DNA of 64,000 bases from Candidatus Undinarchaeales archaeon (GCA_030753015.1 JASMDC010000015.1:12769-76768); one strand, 5' to 3'; numbered from the stretch's first letter, positions 9,685-19,541 are shown. Notes: a model not told the origin generated them from the sequence alone. Numbers and translations: made by a program.

Positions 9685-10203
9685 CTAGTCCCTTGCCGGC
9701 TCGAGCATCTTCCCCCGTGCCAGGCCATCTAGCTTGATATTGAGCTGGATGTTCTCGTTTGCCATGTGCTCCATCATCGATCCAACGTCGCCGAGGATGT
9801 TCTGCATCTCAGTGATCGAGAGCACGCGGCTCTCGGGCTCGATGAGGATGACGGTGGAAGGTGTGATGTTGAGCACCATCATCATCAGCACGTCGAGGCC
9901 CCGGGCGTACACACCAACGTCACCGATCATGGAGTGGACGTTGTTTCCGATGTCCTCCACGGAGGTGTACTTGACCTCGGCCACCTCGATATGGTCCTGG
10001 GCGCGGAGCGTGGCGACGATCTTCTTCAGAGCCGCCTGGACGGTCTCGGCATCGGCCTGCTGGACCTCGTACACGAACCGGGCGTGCATCCAGCCCTTCT
10101 TCTCGATAAGCTCATCTGCTTCCTCCTCTTCCATGAACCGGAGCTCCTTGAACTCGAGCTCCTCGTCCTCGTCCCGGTCCTCGGTCCTGTCCTCGTCAGC
10201 CAT
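9685..10203 (-). CDS. Hypothetical protein with an acidic N-terminus
   Basis: ATG at 10203 overlaps the end of the upstream gene; host-like codon usage. Confidence 0.7.
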   Translation of the reverse strand: MADEDRTEDRDEDEELEFKELRFMEEEEADELIEKKGWMHARFVYEVQQADAETVQAALKKIVATLRAQDHIEVAEVKYTSVEDIGNNVHSMIGDVGVYARGLDVLMMMVLNITPSTVILIEPESRVLSITEMQNILGDVGSMMEHMANENIQLNIKLDGLARGKMLEPARD

Positions 10204-11218
10204 TGCGCTCACCCATGATCTCGATGGCCTCACCGCACTCGGGGCACACCCCTGTACGCGAGACCGCGTCGCTGATGATCGTGAAGCCGTACCTTTTAAT
10301 AAGCAATCCCCCGCAGGCCGGGCAGTACGTGTTCTCCCCGTCGCTGCCGGGGACGTTGCCCACGTAGATGTACCGCAGTCCCGCGTCCTTTGCGATGGCC
10401 TGGGCCCGCTCCAGCGTCCCCGAGGGCGTCGCCTGCCGGTCACGGAGCTTGTAGTCGGGGTGGAACCGCGAGAAGTGGATGGCGATGCCGGCGTCGATGG
10501 CGGCCACGGCCTCGCACAGCTCCCGCAGGTCGTCGTCGCTGTCGTTGAGTCCGGGGACCACCAGGTTGGTGACCTCCACGTGCACGTCGTGCTCGCGCAT
10601 CTCGCGGATGGACGCCAGCACCGCGTCGGGCCCCTTGGGCGCACCGCACCGCTCCTTGTAGAAGGCGGGCCGGATCGACTTGAGGTCCACGTTGGCGGCG
10701 TCGAGGTACGGCGCGATGGCCTGCACGGCGTCGACGGTCATGTAGCCGTTGGTGACGAACACGTTGTACAGGCCCTTCTCGTGCACGAGCCTGGCGATGT
10801 CGTAGGCGTACTCGAAGAAGATGGTGGGCTCGGAGTAAGTGTAGGCGATGCCGGCGCACCCCTCGGACTCCACCAGCTCCGCAACTTTTTCAGCGGTCAC
10901 CTGGCGCGAGCCGATGTCCCCGGGATCGGCCTGGGACAGCGTCCAGTTCTGGCAGAAGCTGCACGTGAGGTTGCAACCGGCGGTGGCGAGGGAGAACACA
11001 CGCGTCCCCGGGTGGAAGTTGAACAGCGGCTTCTTCTCGATGGGATCCACGGCCATGGACACCGGCCGCTCGTACGTAAGCGAGTACAGGGTGCCGTCGC
11101 GGTTCTCGCGCACCCGGCACACCCCCCGCTTCCCCGGCTTTATGTGGCACCTGTGGTTGCAGAGCGAGCAGGCGGCCACGCCGTCCTTCCCCTTCTCGTA
11201 CAACATCGCCTCCTTCAT
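10196..11218 (-). CDS. amrS: AmmeMemoRadiSam system radical SAM enzyme
   Basis: CSLCNHRC, DPIEKKPLFNFHPG, GCNLTCSFCQNW, YTYSEP, RFHPDY, YVGNV, TYCPAC. Confidence 0.92.
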   Translation of the reverse strand: MKEAMLYEKGKDGVAACSLCNHRCHIKPGKRGVCRVRENRDGTLYSLTYERPVSMAVDPIEKKPLFNFHPGTRVFSLATAGCNLTCSFCQNWTLSQADPGDIGSRQVTAEKVAELVESEGCAGIAYTYSEPTIFFEYAYDIARLVHEKGLYNVFVTNGYMTVDAVQAIAPYLDAANVDLKSIRPAFYKERCGAPKGPDAVLASIREMREHDVHVEVTNLVVPGLNDSDDDLRELCEAVAAIDAGIAIHFSRFHPDYKLRDRQATPSGTLERAQAIAKDAGLRYIYVGNVPGSDGENTYCPACGGLLIKRYGFTIISDAVSRTGVCPECGEAIEIMGERNG

Positions 11219-11259
11219 ATGGTGTCCACCTCTGCGTGGTGTGGGTGCGGCTCACCTTC

Positions 11260-12192
11260 TTAAGGATTGCCGGCGCGCATGGGGCACCCCGGGCAGTCCT
11301 TACCGCACGCGCTCTTCCCCATCTGAGCCCGCTGTCGCTTGAGCCGGGGCACCTCGGACAGCGAGTCTTTTACCAGGTAGGGCAGGGTATCGGCGTCCAT
11401 GGTACGAAGAGTGGACAGCACGCAGCCCTGGATGGTGGCGCGCATCCCCGTCTCCTCCGCGGCTCGGGCCACGCGCATGACCAGGCCGGGAACATAGGCC
11501 ACGGCGTCGAGGTCGAGACCGGCGGCGACCAGCCGGTCGCGGTTGTCGGCGTGGACGGCGCACTGGTGCACCATTACCTCGTCCATGCCGGTCCTGCGGG
11601 CGAGCTCGGTGATGGCGGGTAGCTGGTCGCTGTTGATGCCCGGCATGTCGACCACCCGTACGATGCCCCACACCCTCGACCGCCCTACAAGCGACAGCGC
11701 CTGCACGAGCTGGTCGAAGGTGTCCGCACCGCTGACGGCGGCATGGTGGGTGGGGTCTGCTGCGCTGACCGACACCATGCACAGGTCCACCAACCCCTCC
11801 AGCCGTTCCCAGAGGGCGGGAGTGAGCAGGGTGCCGTTGGTCTGGAGATCGAGCCGCACGTTACCATAGGCCTCCCGCGCTTCGCGCAGCACCGCCAGCA
11901 GTCGCTCGGGCTCCATCAGTGGCTCGCCGTACTGGCTCACGGTGATCGCTTGGGGATCCGGCTCGCCGTAGTACCCGGGTTCTGGCAGCGTCCCCGCGTC
12001 GCCGGCCACTCGCGAGTAGCAGAACATGCACTCGTGGTTGCACTTCCCGGTGAGCTCGATGGAGGCGTGGTGGACCGGGTCGGGATTGGTGGGATCGGCG
12101 CCCTGGCACCCCTCGCAGTGGCGGCAGATGGGGAGCGCCTGGACCGCAGCCCTTAGCGCGGCTCCCGTAGTGCCCAGCGTGATGGTGGTCAC
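11260..12192 (-). CDS. Radical SAM protein of unknown function
   Basis: CNHECMFC, SQYGEPL, LQTNGT; additional N-terminal and C-terminal Cys clusters. Confidence 0.85.
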   Translation of the reverse strand: MTTITLGTTGAALRAAVQALPICRHCEGCQGADPTNPDPVHHASIELTGKCNHECMFCYSRVAGDAGTLPEPGYYGEPDPQAITVSQYGEPLMEPERLLAVLREAREAYGNVRLDLQTNGTLLTPALWERLEGLVDLCMVSVSAADPTHHAAVSGADTFDQLVQALSLVGRSRVWGIVRVVDMPGINSDQLPAITELARRTGMDEVMVHQCAVHADNRDRLVAAGLDLDAVAYVPGLVMRVARAAEETGMRATIQGCVLSTLRTMDADTLPYLVKDSLSEVPRLKRQRAQMGKSACGKDCPGCPMRAGNP

Positions 12193-12203
12193 TACCGGAG
12201 GCT

Positions 12204-12220
12204 AAAAGAAATCTATATAA
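12204..12220 (+). promoter_or_regulatory. BRE/TATA promoter of tRNA-Phe
   Basis: Purine run AAAAGAAA followed by CTATATAA about 30 nt upstream of the tRNA. Confidence 0.65.
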
Positions 12221-12251
12221 AGGAAACCACCGCACTCCGGAACGGAACCAA

Positions 12252-12365
12252 GGGGCCATAGCTCAGTCTGGGAGAGCGCCGGACTGAAGTTCCGACTTGG
12301 ATCTTCCGATACCAAGATGAGGATTTGAGATCCGGGTGTCCCGGGTTCGAACCCCGGTGGCCCCA
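12252..12365 (+). tRNA. tRNA-Phe(GAA) with a 40-nt intron (12290-12329) at canonical 37/38
   Basis: Acceptor GGGGCCA/TGGCCCC-A, D-arm GCTC/GAGC, anticodon stem CCGGA/TCCGG with CT-GAA-G^A, T-arm CCGGG-TTCGAAC-CCCGG; no encoded CCA. Confidence 0.93.
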
Positions 12366-12458
12366 CTCCGCGGGGGGCGTTTCGTCCTCCGCAACCCAGC
12401 TGCCCAGAATGACCTGCCCACGGACAACCATATAACACAAGAACGCCATTATACTCCT

Positions 12459-14096
12459 ATGAGGTCGAGGAACCCTCCCGTGCATGCGCGCACCACAGCG
12501 TGCGTCCTGCTTGTCCTCATCCTTATCCTGTGCACCGTCCACGGCGAGGACGAGAACACGACCCTTGACCAGAACGCCACTCTTGACGAGAACGTCACGA
12601 CCCCCCCACCCACCCCGGTACCCGCGCCCGAGGCGACACCTGTTACCGCACCGGCACTTCCGGAAGACTCTCATCCACTCCTCGTCGGTATGCTCGACCG
12701 CCACACCGACTCCGTGAACACCGTGTGGGCCCAAGGGAAGTACATCTTCACCGGCTCGGACGACGGTACGGTCATGGTGTGGAGCCGCAAGGACTTCTCC
12801 CCCGGCCTGCTGGTCCGGATGGACGGCGCGACCGTGTCCGAGCTGGTAGTGGACGACACCTACATCTACACCGTCGCCTACGAGACCATGGCCCGGGTGT
12901 GGAGCAACACCAACTTCTCGCCAATCGGTACGCTGGAGGGGCACACGGACCTCGTGACCGGTGTATGGAGCGATGGAGAGCGCGTCTACACGGCCTCCGA
13001 CGACAAGACCGTGCGCGTGTACCGCCGGGCCGATCTCTCTCTCGAGAACGTGCTCCGCGGACACCGCGGCTGGGTCACCGACGTCGTCACCAACACCGAC
13101 CACGTCTTCACGGCGTCGTTCGGCGACAAGGAGGTGCGCGTGTGGCGCCGGTCCGACCTGTTGCCCGCGGGCACGCTCACTACACCGACGGCCACGGGCA
13201 TGCAGGTGGTGTTCGCCGACGACGAGCACATCTTCACCGACGGCCGGGACACACAGGCCAAGGTCTACACGGTCCAGGTGTGGCGGACGGACGACCTCTC
13301 GTCGGTGGCGGTCCTCGGGGGGCACAACGATACCGTCACGGCCATCCATGCGGACGAGGACTACGTGTACAGCGCCTCCCGGGACGGCTCGGTCCGGCTC
13401 TGGAACCGCACCGACCTCACGCTGCTTGAGACGCTTACCGGGCACACCGATGCGGTGACCGACGTGTTCGCGGACGCTGACTTCATCTACACTGCTTCTT
13501 GGGACCGGACCGCCCGCGTGTGGCGGCGTCCCGATGCCGACGTATACGTCCCCTCCGTTGTGATGGACGCCCCCGGTCCCGGAGAGGTGGACCCGGACGG
13601 GCCGGACACGAACGACACGAATGCCGGGAACGACACCGATGACACCGTAAGCAGCGACGACATCGGCTCCATCTACGAGGGGCTCCCCGACGCGTGGAAG
13701 GATGACATCGAGGACTACGATCCGGAGGCAGGTGGCAACGAGACGGGGCTGGAGGGAATCTTCTCGGGCACTCTCAACAAGACGCTGATGGGGACAACGG
13801 ACATGAACGAGACGGTCGACCTCAACGTCTCGGGGATGGAGGGGGTCACACCACCGCCGGACACGTCGGCGGCGCCCACGACCGGGCCGGGGACCTTCAC
13901 GCAGGAGGGCGAGGTGTACGATGACGCCGAGGTCCGCTCAGAGACGTATAGGATGGCCGACGGCAACGAGGACTGGGCCGAGGAGCTGGCGCCCAAGGAG
14001 CCGTCGAAGCTCCAGATGTACATCTACGCCGGGCTGGGCCTCGTGGTCTTCGGCAGCTGCGTGTTCGGGTACTTCTCGTTCTGCCGCGGCAGTTAG
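12459..14096 (+). CDS. Secreted, membrane-anchored WD40 beta-propeller protein
   Basis: Signal peptide, about 7 GH..V.....YTAS.D.TVRVW repeats, acidic linker, C-terminal TM helix. Confidence 0.85.
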   Translation: MRSRNPPVHARTTACVLLVLILILCTVHGEDENTTLDQNATLDENVTTPPPTPVPAPEATPVTAPALPEDSHPLLVGMLDRHTDSVNTVWAQGKYIFTGSDDGTVMVWSRKDFSPGLLVRMDGATVSELVVDDTYIYTVAYETMARVWSNTNFSPIGTLEGHTDLVTGVWSDGERVYTASDDKTVRVYRRADLSLENVLRGHRGWVTDVVTNTDHVFTASFGDKEVRVWRRSDLLPAGTLTTPTATGMQVVFADDEHIFTDGRDTQAKVYTVQVWRTDDLSSVAVLGGHNDTVTAIHADEDYVYSASRDGSVRLWNRTDLTLLETLTGHTDAVTDVFADADFIYTASWDRTARVWRRPDADVYVPSVVMDAPGPGEVDPDGPDTNDTNAGNDTDDTVSSDDIGSIYEGLPDAWKDDIEDYDPEAGGNETGLEGIFSGTLNKTLMGTTDMNETVDLNVSGMEGVTPPPDTSAAPTTGPGTFTQEGEVYDDAEVRSETYRMADGNEDWAEELAPKEPSKLQMYIYAGLGLVVFGSCVFGYFSFCRGS

Positions 14097-14099
14097 TTC

Positions 14100-14606
14100 T
14101 CAGAGCTCCTGCTCCTTGAACAGGCCCTGGTACTGGGCCTCGCCCTCGCATCGCTGGAATATGAGCTGGCACAGCCGCTCGCCGGGGACGATCTCGAGGT
14201 TGTTGGGGCCGGCGTTGAAGATCTCGAGCACCTGTCGGTTTGAGACACCGGGCTGTATGAACGGTGCTGTGATGTGCACCATGAGCCCCAACCGCGCAAA
14301 GCGCGAGCGGGAGTTGAGCCACCCGCAGATGGTGGGCGACAGGGTGACCCGCTCCTTGGTGATGCCCAGGATGAGCTCCTTGGGCTTGATAGTGTACTTG
14401 TCCTCGATGACCTTGTGCTTGGTGATCTTGCGGAAGTCGGAGCCCTCGACGACGGGGATGGAGTGGTCGATGTTGCGGAAGATGCGGATCTCGGGGGCGA
14501 GGGTCAGGTCCACGGACGCGGGGCCGACCGCCGTTCGATCGAACGGCTCGATGGCGATGTTGCCTGCCTCTATCTCGGCCAGGATCAGGTCATGGGTGAG
14601 CACCAT
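14100..14606 (-). CDS. dcd: dCTP deaminase
   Basis: PASVDLTL, RSRFARLGL, LEIFN, PGERLCQLIF. Confidence 0.9.
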   Translation of the reverse strand: MVLTHDLILAEIEAGNIAIEPFDRTAVGPASVDLTLAPEIRIFRNIDHSIPVVEGSDFRKITKHKVIEDKYTIKPKELILGITKERVTLSPTICGWLNSRSRFARLGLMVHITAPFIQPGVSNRQVLEIFNAGPNNLEIVPGERLCQLIFQRCEGEAQYQGLFKEQEL

Positions 14607-14813
14607 GATGTGTGACGGTGGCGCAGTGGTACTTATGCTTTATGGTGTCGGTGCCCCTTAAGCGCCCTGCACGTACCCGGGAACGCCGTGCATCCTCTGG
14701 ACCGGTACTCGTCCGGCGAGTGCCTTACAGCTCCATCCCCTCCCTCTCGGAAGAGGACTTCCGTTTAAAACGTAAAAGAGTTAATACTCGCTGTTCGATA
14801 GAGTGACCGAAGG

Positions 14814-15509
14814 ATGGCGGAGAAAGACTTCATCTTGACGCTGGAGCACCTTATCGTGCGACGTTTCGAGTTCTTCATCACGATCCTGGTGCTGTGCTCG
14901 ATCAGCACCCTGGTGTTCCACGAACCGTCATTCCATTGCAGGATCTGCGAGGCGGACAGGGACGGTCCGGCCGGTGGTGTCCTCGACTACTTCACCACTC
15001 TGGACGCCCGAACGTGCACCCAGTGCGAGCTGCTGAGGATCAAGAGGATCGGGTCCATGCTCTCATCGCTGTCCGGCTACATCGACGAGGCCGCGCTCCA
15101 GCATGAGCGGATCGTCATCCCGCTCGACGTCGGAGAGGGCTCGCTGGGGATCGTGAAGGACACGAACACCGGGAAGAACATCGTCCGCTACGAGCTGCCG
15201 ATCGCAAGGACGAGGGTGCCCGAGCTGGACGGGAATCCTCTTCAGCTCTCGTTCGAAGGGGAGTCTACGTTCTGCGGTGTCCTCAAGGGCCCCTCCACAG
15301 GCCCCGCGACGTTCATCTGCAAGTTCGACCTGAACAGGGAGCTCGATGGGGAGCACAGGATATGGGTCCGGACGGGAGGGGTCGGGGACTTACCCGCGGG
15401 ACGGAGCTCGCTAAAGGTATCATACATCAGCGGGATGAACGTCCGCTCCAGCATCGGGGCATCCTCGTCGAGGGACGATATCGTCGTGGAACTGTCGCTG
15501 GACGACTGA
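14814..15509 (+). CDS. Hypothetical membrane-anchored protein, possibly pilin-like
   Basis: One N-terminal TM segment, two CxxC motifs, beta-rich C-terminal part. Confidence 0.6.
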   Translation: MAEKDFILTLEHLIVRRFEFFITILVLCSISTLVFHEPSFHCRICEADRDGPAGGVLDYFTTLDARTCTQCELLRIKRIGSMLSSLSGYIDEAALQHERIVIPLDVGEGSLGIVKDTNTGKNIVRYELPIARTRVPELDGNPLQLSFEGESTFCGVLKGPSTGPATFICKFDLNRELDGEHRIWVRTGGVGDLPAGRSSLKVSYISGMNVRSSIGASSSRDDIVVELSLDD

Positions 15510-15587
15510 CGGGCGAAACTGTCCGTGGGGCCTCTCACTCGCGCGCTCCACTGTATGTTTATTTACCTGCAATGCCTACTTGTCTAC

Positions 15588-16245
15588 ATGGGGAGGCCAC
15601 TTACTATTCTACCAGTCCTCGTGCTGGCCGTATTCCTCGCGGGCTGCTGCTGCGACAACGAGGTCTGCAAAGGAAAGGAGAGCTACGTACCTGCGTACAG
15701 TGAGTCGCGGCTGGTAGAAGAGACCTGTGACGACTGCATGAACGTCCTCAAGATCTCCACCCAGGACGACATCTGCCTCAAGAGCACCACGAAGTTCGCG
15801 AGCTCCCGGGACATGGGCGACGGAACGGTACCTGCTGGCCAGAAGCTCTATCCCTACCTCCACAACACGGATGACGAGTGGAGCGAATGCGAGGCGTTCG
15901 GGGACGAGAATACCAAGCTCAAGTGCGGGTGCTGCGTCCTCCTCGACGGCAAGTTCCATGGCGAGAACGGGGCGACGGACCTCGCCAAGCATTACAAGTT
16001 CGAGGGTGGGGAATGCCACACTTCCGCCTCGGAAGAGGCCATGATGAGCGGGAACCGGTGGGCGAAGGTCCCCGAAAAGGACTACATCAAGGACAACGCC
16101 TGCCTCGGGTAGCGGGTTCAGTTTCGAGCAGGACGATGACGGCCGGATGGCCAAGGTCATCGGCAAGCTCGGCTACTGCTCCGGCAGCTCGTTCAAGTTC
16201 AGCTACGGGCACCGCGACGTCATGGAGATGGTCCCCGACCAGTAG
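15588..16245 (+). pseudogene. Cys-rich lipoprotein with an apparent +1 frameshift near 16107-16109
   Basis: Lipobox LAGC. The ORF stops at TAG 16110-16112, but a 45-codon host-like frame (GSGFSFEQ..YCSG..PDQ*) runs 16108-16245. Confidence 0.6.
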
Positions 16246-16303
16246 CACAGCGCTACCAGTCGTATAAAAGTGATAACTGCACTAGTGAGAGCGTTCGTAG
16301 AGG

Positions 16304-18037
16304 CTACTGTGCAAGCTCCTTCTCGAGCTGCTCGCGGTACGTGGGCACGCCCTTCTCCTGGACTGCCTGGCGGAAGCCCTCGGTACCGAACACCACGGTC
16401 CCGTCGTCCATCTCCATGTAGCCGACGTTGTCCTCTCCACCATGCCGGGAGAGGAGGATGTCCTTGTTGACGTCCCACGTCTCCTTGATGGTGCGGCTGC
16501 CCATGAGCTTGGGTAGGAAGCTCTTGTTCCAGAACTTCTCCTTGTACCGGACACCTTCATCGGTGACGGTCTCGGGCTCCTTGATGATGACGCCCCAGTC
16601 GCCCTCGGTCTTCTCGATGGTGGCGAAGGAGGCTCCCAGTTCGGGATTACGGCCGATGCGCACATCCTTGTCCATGGGCGCGAAACCGGTTTCCTCGCTG
16701 TAGGACGCGAAGTCGAGGACGTAACCGTTGTCGAACTTGAGCCCTTCGGCGGTGTGCATGAAATCGTCGGACATTATGTCGAGTCGCATGTCCGGCTTGT
16801 GCGAGTAGCAGGTCCACATGGTCTTGCCCACGAAGTACATGCCCATGGCAGCGAGCGATAGTGGGAACACGACCTCCTTGGCCATGATCGAGGCGGCAAG
16901 GCCCACGCCAAAGCCGGCCATATGGACACCGCCCTCGACGGCCTCCTCCAGGCCGATGAGCTCGAAGAGCCTCTTGTCGTAGCCCTGGTCCTCGTACTTG
17001 GAGAGGATCTCGCGGCGGATGGCTACCGAGGTCTTGTGACCGCCAGCGTCCTTGATGCCGCCGGTGAGCTCCTCCGCTAGGAATATACCGCCGAAGGCGA
17101 CCGCTGCCCCTCCGGGCGTGACACTGGCTATCGGGCCCAGGATGGCGGGCTGGATGGCGACGAGCGCGGCCGCGTGCGCGTTGGAGAACAGCGCCTCGCG
17201 GTACCGCTCCACCTTCCGCAACTTCTCCAGAGACTCTGTGCCCTCGGAGGCGTCGTCCACCTGCTTGCCCCATATGGGAGCGGAGATCATCTTGAGGACC
17301 TTGGGCGAGAACTTTGCCATGATACCGGTGAACCCGGCCATCTTGTAGAGAGCACCCTGCTCGAAGATGAGCCCGGTGAGCCCGCCCTCCAGCACGCCCT
17401 CGGCGAACCCGCCGACGTAGTTGCCGAGGTTGAGCATCCGGTACTCCTTGTCGTTCTTCATCAGGTCCATGTACTCGGGCCAGCAATCGAACAGCTTGCC
17501 CTTTTCCTTGTCCAGACGCATCAGGGCGGTGTCGCCCTCGATACCATAGAACGATGTTAGAGCGTCGCGGTATCCCGCGTCGGCACCCAGCTCACCGAGC
17601 TCCTGGCTCAGTGTCCGGGCGGTGTCCTTCTCTTCGTGATCGATCTGGTAGAGCTCCCCCGCCAGCTCGGCGGAGGGATCCGGCAGGTACACGGACCCAC
17701 TGCCGGTCTTGAAAGATGAAACAGGATTGGTACTCTCTCCCCGGTCGTAGAGGAACACCTTGTCCCCGTCCACGACAGAGATGCGGGAGCCAGTCTTTCC
17801 GTACTCCTCGGCTCCATCGGCACCGCGGTAGAGGCTCAGCGACTCCTTTCCTTCCTTGTCGCTGATGGTGGTGAGGTACCCGACGACCTCCGGATCGGTG
17901 CGGGGCCCGGCGTTATTGTACACGATGTGGAAGTGCACGTCGGACGACTGCCCTCCACTGGCACGCATGAGCTCGACATAATCCTGGTCGACGTGCAGCT
18001 CTTCTGCCCAGTCGAGCTTGTCCAGGGTCAGTTCCAT
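16304..18037 (-). CDS. Hypothetical protein with internal Gly/Ala-rich hydrophobic helices
   Basis: Long ORF with host-like codon usage. Start placed at the ATG at 18037 to avoid overlap with the divergent gene. Confidence 0.75.
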   Translation of the reverse strand: MELTLDKLDWAEELHVDQDYVELMRASGGQSSDVHFHIVYNNAGPRTDPEVVGYLTTISDKEGKESLSLYRGADGAEEYGKTGSRISVVDGDKVFLYDRGESTNPVSSFKTGSGSVYLPDPSAELAGELYQIDHEEKDTARTLSQELGELGADAGYRDALTSFYGIEGDTALMRLDKEKGKLFDCWPEYMDLMKNDKEYRMLNLGNYVGGFAEGVLEGGLTGLIFEQGALYKMAGFTGIMAKFSPKVLKMISAPIWGKQVDDASEGTESLEKLRKVERYREALFSNAHAAALVAIQPAILGPIASVTPGGAAVAFGGIFLAEELTGGIKDAGGHKTSVAIRREILSKYEDQGYDKRLFELIGLEEAVEGGVHMAGFGVGLAASIMAKEVVFPLSLAAMGMYFVGKTMWTCYSHKPDMRLDIMSDDFMHTAEGLKFDNGYVLDFASYSEETGFAPMDKDVRIGRNPELGASFATIEKTEGDWGVIIKEPETVTDEGVRYKEKFWNKSFLPKLMGSRTIKETWDVNKDILLSRHGGEDNVGYMEMDDGTVVFGTEGFRQAVQEKGVPTYREQLEKELAQ

Positions 18038-18191
18038 GGTTTCAAGATGATATACCACGGTTGTCTCGCCGGTAAAACGCAGCACCTCAACCCGTATATA
18101 AACCTTCCGTTCGGGCGTCATCGAGAAGTAGTGACGCCCCCGGTCGTCCGCTCCGTCAGGAATAAAAAAAGCGACCTTGGTGGAGAACGCC

Positions 18192-19532
18192 ATGGCCGAG
18201 GACGCCCTCTTCACCATCGAGAACACACGCACCGGCGAGCGCTACCCAGCCACCTCCGAGCGATACACCGGCGACAATGGCGAGAAGCTGCGCTGCGCCT
18301 TCGACTACGAGCGCATCACCCTCACCCGCGACATCATCGACCAGCGGCGCCACCACACAACCGACTCTTTCCAGGTGTACAAGGAGCTAATGCCCGTCTT
18401 CCCCGACGAACCGCTGGTGGCCCCTAAGTTCGGCCCCACACCGTTCGAGCACGCCAAGAAGCTTTCCAAGAAGCTCGGAGTCGAGGTGTTCATCAAGTAC
18501 CCCATGTACTACGTCACCGGCTCCCACAAGCCCTACCACCTCGTCCCGGCCGCCAACTACACCACCCAGGTCCGCCGACGGAACGGCGACAAGCGGCCCA
18601 TCGTGTTCGCCAACTACTCCTGCGGCAATGCCGGCGACGCAGCGTCGTACGTGGCAAACCTCTTCGGCCTCCCCATCAAGGTGTTCCTCCTGGGCTCGGC
18701 CGACCACGAGCGCACAGCGCCATTGACCATGCGGGGCTCGGAGGTGTACAGCGTCTCCTGGGACGAGCGCGTGACCGGGGACCCGTCCTACTACATGTTC
18801 AAGGAGGCCGTGCGTCGGGGCGCCATCCCGCTCGCGTGCGCCGGTCCCGACAATTTCGGTGTCGTGGAGGGCGGCAAGGTGATGTTCCTTGAGGCCATGG
18901 AGCAGTCCGGCTGGCGCGGGTTCGATCACGCCTTCGTCCAGGTGGGCGGAGGGCTGCTGGCCAATGCCTTCCTCAACGCCTACGACGATGCACTTGCGCT
19001 GGGCCTGCTCCCGCAGGAGTCGGTACCTGCCTTCCACACGGTCCAGACCGAGGCCTGCTATCCGCTCCGGCTCGCCTACCAGCGAGTGATGGAGACCAAC
19101 CCGCGGACGAACAAGGACGTGACCTGCTTGGTGTGTGACCGACGCGAGGAGATGCTCAAACCCTGGGAGGCCAAGGAGGAGCCCGAGAGCGTGGCCCACG
19201 GCATCCTGGACGTGGAGACCTACGAGGGCGCCGAGCTCATCGCCGGGATGTACCGCACCGGCGGGAAGGCCCTTATCGTGTGCGAGGACGAGCTCATGGA
19301 CGCCTGGCGGCTGGGAGCGCGGGCCACGGGCCACTTCGCCTCGCCAACCGGCACCTCCGGCCTTGCAGGGCTGCTTCGCGCTATCGACGAGGGGATCGTG
19401 GACAAGGGTGAGAGCGTGCTGCTCACGTTCACCGGTATCGGTCAGAAGCAGCTCTCAACGACCAAAGAGGTCGCCGAACCCGTCAAGGTGAACCCCGTGG
19501 ACGATATAGAACGGGCGATGCAGGGGCTGTAG
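18192..19532 (+). CDS. PLP-dependent fold-type II enzyme (threonine synthase-like, divergent)
   Basis: TGSHK (PLP lysine), SCGNA, QVGGG, PTGTSGLAG, TFTG. Confidence 0.82.
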   Translation: MAEDALFTIENTRTGERYPATSERYTGDNGEKLRCAFDYERITLTRDIIDQRRHHTTDSFQVYKELMPVFPDEPLVAPKFGPTPFEHAKKLSKKLGVEVFIKYPMYYVTGSHKPYHLVPAANYTTQVRRRNGDKRPIVFANYSCGNAGDAASYVANLFGLPIKVFLLGSADHERTAPLTMRGSEVYSVSWDERVTGDPSYYMFKEAVRRGAIPLACAGPDNFGVVEGGKVMFLEAMEQSGWRGFDHAFVQVGGGLLANAFLNAYDDALALGLLPQESVPAFHTVQTEACYPLRLAYQRVMETNPRTNKDVTCLVCDRREEMLKPWEAKEEPESVAHGILDVETYEGAELIAGMYRTGGKALIVCEDELMDAWRLGARATGHFASPTGTSGLAGLLRAIDEGIVDKGESVLLTFTGIGQKQLSTTKEVAEPVKVNPVDDIERAMQGL

Positions 19533-19541
19533 ATAAGACGC

